DNA from: Halocafeteria seosinensis
Taxonomy: Eukaryota
Length of the DNA stretch: 64,000 nucleotides
NCBI GenBank assembly: GCA_001687465.1
Contig: LVLI01000098.1
Span: forward strand, 1 to 64,000
Direction of reading: 5' to 3'
Shown in pieces: positions 61,041 to 64,000 of this stretch. Each line of letters starts with the position of its first letter. Within the stretch, counting starts at the first letter, position 1. The translations under genes and the position numbers were made by a program. The notes under the pieces are model-generated. The model was not told where the DNA came from and made no database searches. It worked only from the letters and a program-made list of their open reading frames with translations.

Positions 61041-63643
61041 GTGGTTAAAAACGTACGTTTCTCCATTGATCTGCAATCGCTTCGTGGACGCACTCCGCCC
61101 ACCCGCACAATCAGTTCATCCCATCATGGATTCCCATGCTGCTGCTATATCCATATTGGTATATGTATATCCTCGACAGGCACATCAGGTTCGAACATTT
61201 CCCAAATAGGATTGCGGACTATATACTGGAAACGCGATATCCGAGGAAAGGTGGCACCAGCTTGCAAGAAACAAGCTTTAAGAACACTCATGTGTTCCGC
61301 TAATACGACCGTTTCAACGACATCGTCCTCTACAGTGGCCGAATCTCCACGGTGTGAGGTGGTCTACTGGTTCCGTAGAGTTGAAATTTGCATACATTTT
61401 TGAGCTTTGGTCCAGCTGGCAATGAAGGAATGCCCATTATAAATGGAATGGTATGGAGAGGTGGCGTTCCGTTTGGCCATCTCTCTGTGTCAATCGCTCC
61501 TGTCGCTCGACACTCTGGAGCCTAACCGGACGGTTGCTTATGCGACGTGAATCGGTTCACTTTCGATGTCTACTGGATGGATTTCATACAGGTAACGCAG
61601 CATGTGACATTCGGCATCCATTCTTTGAGACAAGTCATCCAGTGTCTCGAAGGCTAGTATGAAGAAAATGTCTTTCATTTTGTCAACCGGAACCAGAGGA
61701 AGGCCGGACTTTCCAAGACCCTTACCAAGCGCCCCAGCAAGATGCCATACAGTACGCATAAGGAGTGGTGGACCCAAGGTAAAGCGGGGAAAGAAGCATG
61801 TGGTCGTTCTGTGCAGTTGTTCCAACTCTGCGAACACGTAGTTTCGAGGAGACTGGCGCATTGTTGCGATTACTACTAGCTTCCACTGGATGATGCAGCA
61901 TTGGCTAACCCTTTTCCTATCCTTCTATCAATTTATTACCCATGGAAATGCAAGATGTGGGCTACAATTGCTGCGCACTCCGTGGCCGTTAAGCGTTCCC
62001 TCCGTTCCTGCACTTGCCTCGGGTAGATACACATCATCGTGGCAGAAAATTTCCCATCCTCCCATTCAGCTGTTTTTACATACATTCTATTAGAAACAGA
62101 ACATCGTTTGAAGCATGGAACGCCAACGTTCATATCAATTCTAGCGCTTAAAAACTACATCCCCCTCCCAAACACCCCTTCCGGACCAGCCCCGGTCCAG
62201 GGGCGGGGAAAGGAAGTTCCTTGAAGGAACCTGCCGACGCACTGGACTGGTTGTACTCTTGTAGTTCACTCGGAAGTGTCTACGTGTGTTACACGGTGTG
62301 TAGAACGATAGGAATGCTCATCGGAAGAAGCGGTATGTAAGGCGAGGGAAGCAAGTTCAAGTCTTTGTGTCTCTTGCCAAACTAGAGTACGTAACTCGTC
62401 TGGCTGACCCTAACCCTATTCACAACTGTACCGCGTAGTTAAAGTATAGATAGATGGAAGGTGTGTACACCTCGTCCCAATGACGGTCCCATGTAGTTAA
62501 CTTACATCGGGCATAAATTTTCACAACCATCTCCTTCACCCGGAATGCTATGTGGGCGTGGCGTCCTGGGTTGTGCAAGTTGGTGTCCTTGCCTTTGCTG
62601 GCGTCGTGCATCCTCCTGCTGATTCCGCTCCCCGAGAAGATTTCATTCCACAAGCACAACCCTGGAAACATGCGAATGGTTCAACAACTAGTAGTCCAAG
62701 CAGAAGAGCCACAACGAAAAAGATGGGAAAGCCAATTATATCCCACAGAAACAGTGCAAGAAGAAACGGACTTAACAATATATCACCAGACCCCAGACAG
62801 CCATGCAAATAGAGCACGCTTTACAGCAATCAGGAGTACCGCACTTTTTGCAAAGATCCAAGCCAAAAAATCTTTCCATTGCACCTGTTTCATGTTTTAT
62901 AGAGAACCAACTGGAATCCTGCATTTGTGGAGACGAGGTGCTTTCAGTTTCTGTGGCTTACCGAAGGGTGTTAATCTGCTACTGTCTTCTAAAGGGTCAA
63001 AGTAATCATGCCCATCTTTATCAGGTCGACGTTTGCTAGTGATATTGGGAGCAGTTGAAAGTAGCGGTGCCATGTCGAGTCCTCCCCAGGACGAATACCA
63101 CTCGCTTTCTCCGATAGGTCCGTCTCGCTTCTCCCAGAGCCCTTCCGTAGGAGCATCTGCTGACGTTATAATGTCTTTGGAGCCCCACTCCACCCAACAA
63201 CTCGTCTCCCTGGAGCAAGCCATGCTGTTTAACACCCGTTGATATATTTCTACGTCCTCGGGCGTCCCACTGTTCTCGCACAGTGGGTTCTCGTCGGATT
63301 CCACAATGGAATCAACATCGGCACCAGCACCAGCAGCAGGTGAGTACTCGCAGGAGCCTTGGGATCATGTTGTAGCACAGCTTAGTCAAACAGGAAGGGT
63401 AGGACGCGTATATGTGCACCCTTATGCGGTACGTGTGGAAGCTAGATCGTTGAATGGCTCGGGTGGGCTCCGCAAATTGGCGTAAGTTGGTATAGTCCGC
63501 TGCATAAACCCCAGATCGAATGGTATGCCAAACAATGATGATGTTGCCTACCCAAGCAAGGACTTACGGAGGAATGCACAGCCCTCTAATTCCTCCACGA
63601 GCTCATGGCGGAAGGCCTTAGGGTGCACTTGCACCGATGACAT
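61041..63643 (-). pseudogene. Family member B3, split by a ~1.24-kb insertion and carrying micro-insertions
   Basis: N-terminal part 62627-63643 (MSSVQVHPKAFRHEL...SSRGA); C-terminal part 61041-61390 (STL...VVLAEH...YIVRNPIW). Confidence 0.85.
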
Positions 63644-64000
63644 CTTAGCTGTGCTGCTTATTCAAGTTAATACAAGAGACTGATGGGGGCCCCTTTACAC
63701 AATGTATGCGCAGAATTCTTCTCGTAATCCCGCCTCGCGAGGTGTCTACTGTCGCCACCATAGATGGGATTTGAGATGTTCAAGCACTCACCATCACAGA
63801 ACACTAACCTATGTCATCGGAAACTCCAGTGTAGAGTCCAATTTTGTTTCGTAGAAATGAAGCACCAATGATACTGGCGGATGGAAACGAAATTGAACAA
63901 TCCCTAAGATTTCCTTACTCAGTGGGTAAAGGATTCGGAATTTCGGGCCAGAGAGCTCGCTGAGTTAATTCAAACTTCACCGCCGATGAAGAAATACGCA

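Noticed and set aside
1..64000. tRNA, rRNA or spliceosomal snRNA genes
   Set aside because: No convincing signature seen by eye; tRNAscan-SE/Infernal would be needed to exclude them

Overview
Gene-dense eukaryotic (protist-like) nuclear DNA with short GT-AG introns (mostly ~55-90 nt, often with a CTAAC-type branch point). The host taxon cannot be fixed from this window. Housekeeping-type genes include a WRN-like 3'-5' exonuclease, a DUF819 membrane protein, a CBM20-fused glycogen branching enzyme, a double p25-alpha/TPPP protein, an ArfGAP, an inositol polyphosphate 5-phosphatase and a CSC1/OSCA channel. They are interleaved with fast-evolving accessory DNA. That DNA includes an intronless, strongly reduced class II (NrdJ-like) ribonucleotide reductase with an altered catalytic finger and no specificity loop 1, and a Crinkler-type NTPase+nuclease pseudogene bracketed by direct repeats. 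It also includes tandem paralogous multi-pass membrane proteins, a GLUG/mucin surface protein, a giant mucin/Cys-rich/multi-TM receptor-like gene, TPR and MULE relics, and a locally expanded uncharacterised membrane-protein family in various stages of decay. Two ~167-bp SINE-like copies with target-site duplications share a structured 3' end with a probable LINE 3' terminus at the window start. The pseudogenes carry recurrent templated, palindromic micro-insertions. All family assignments are by motif recognition only; no searches were run.
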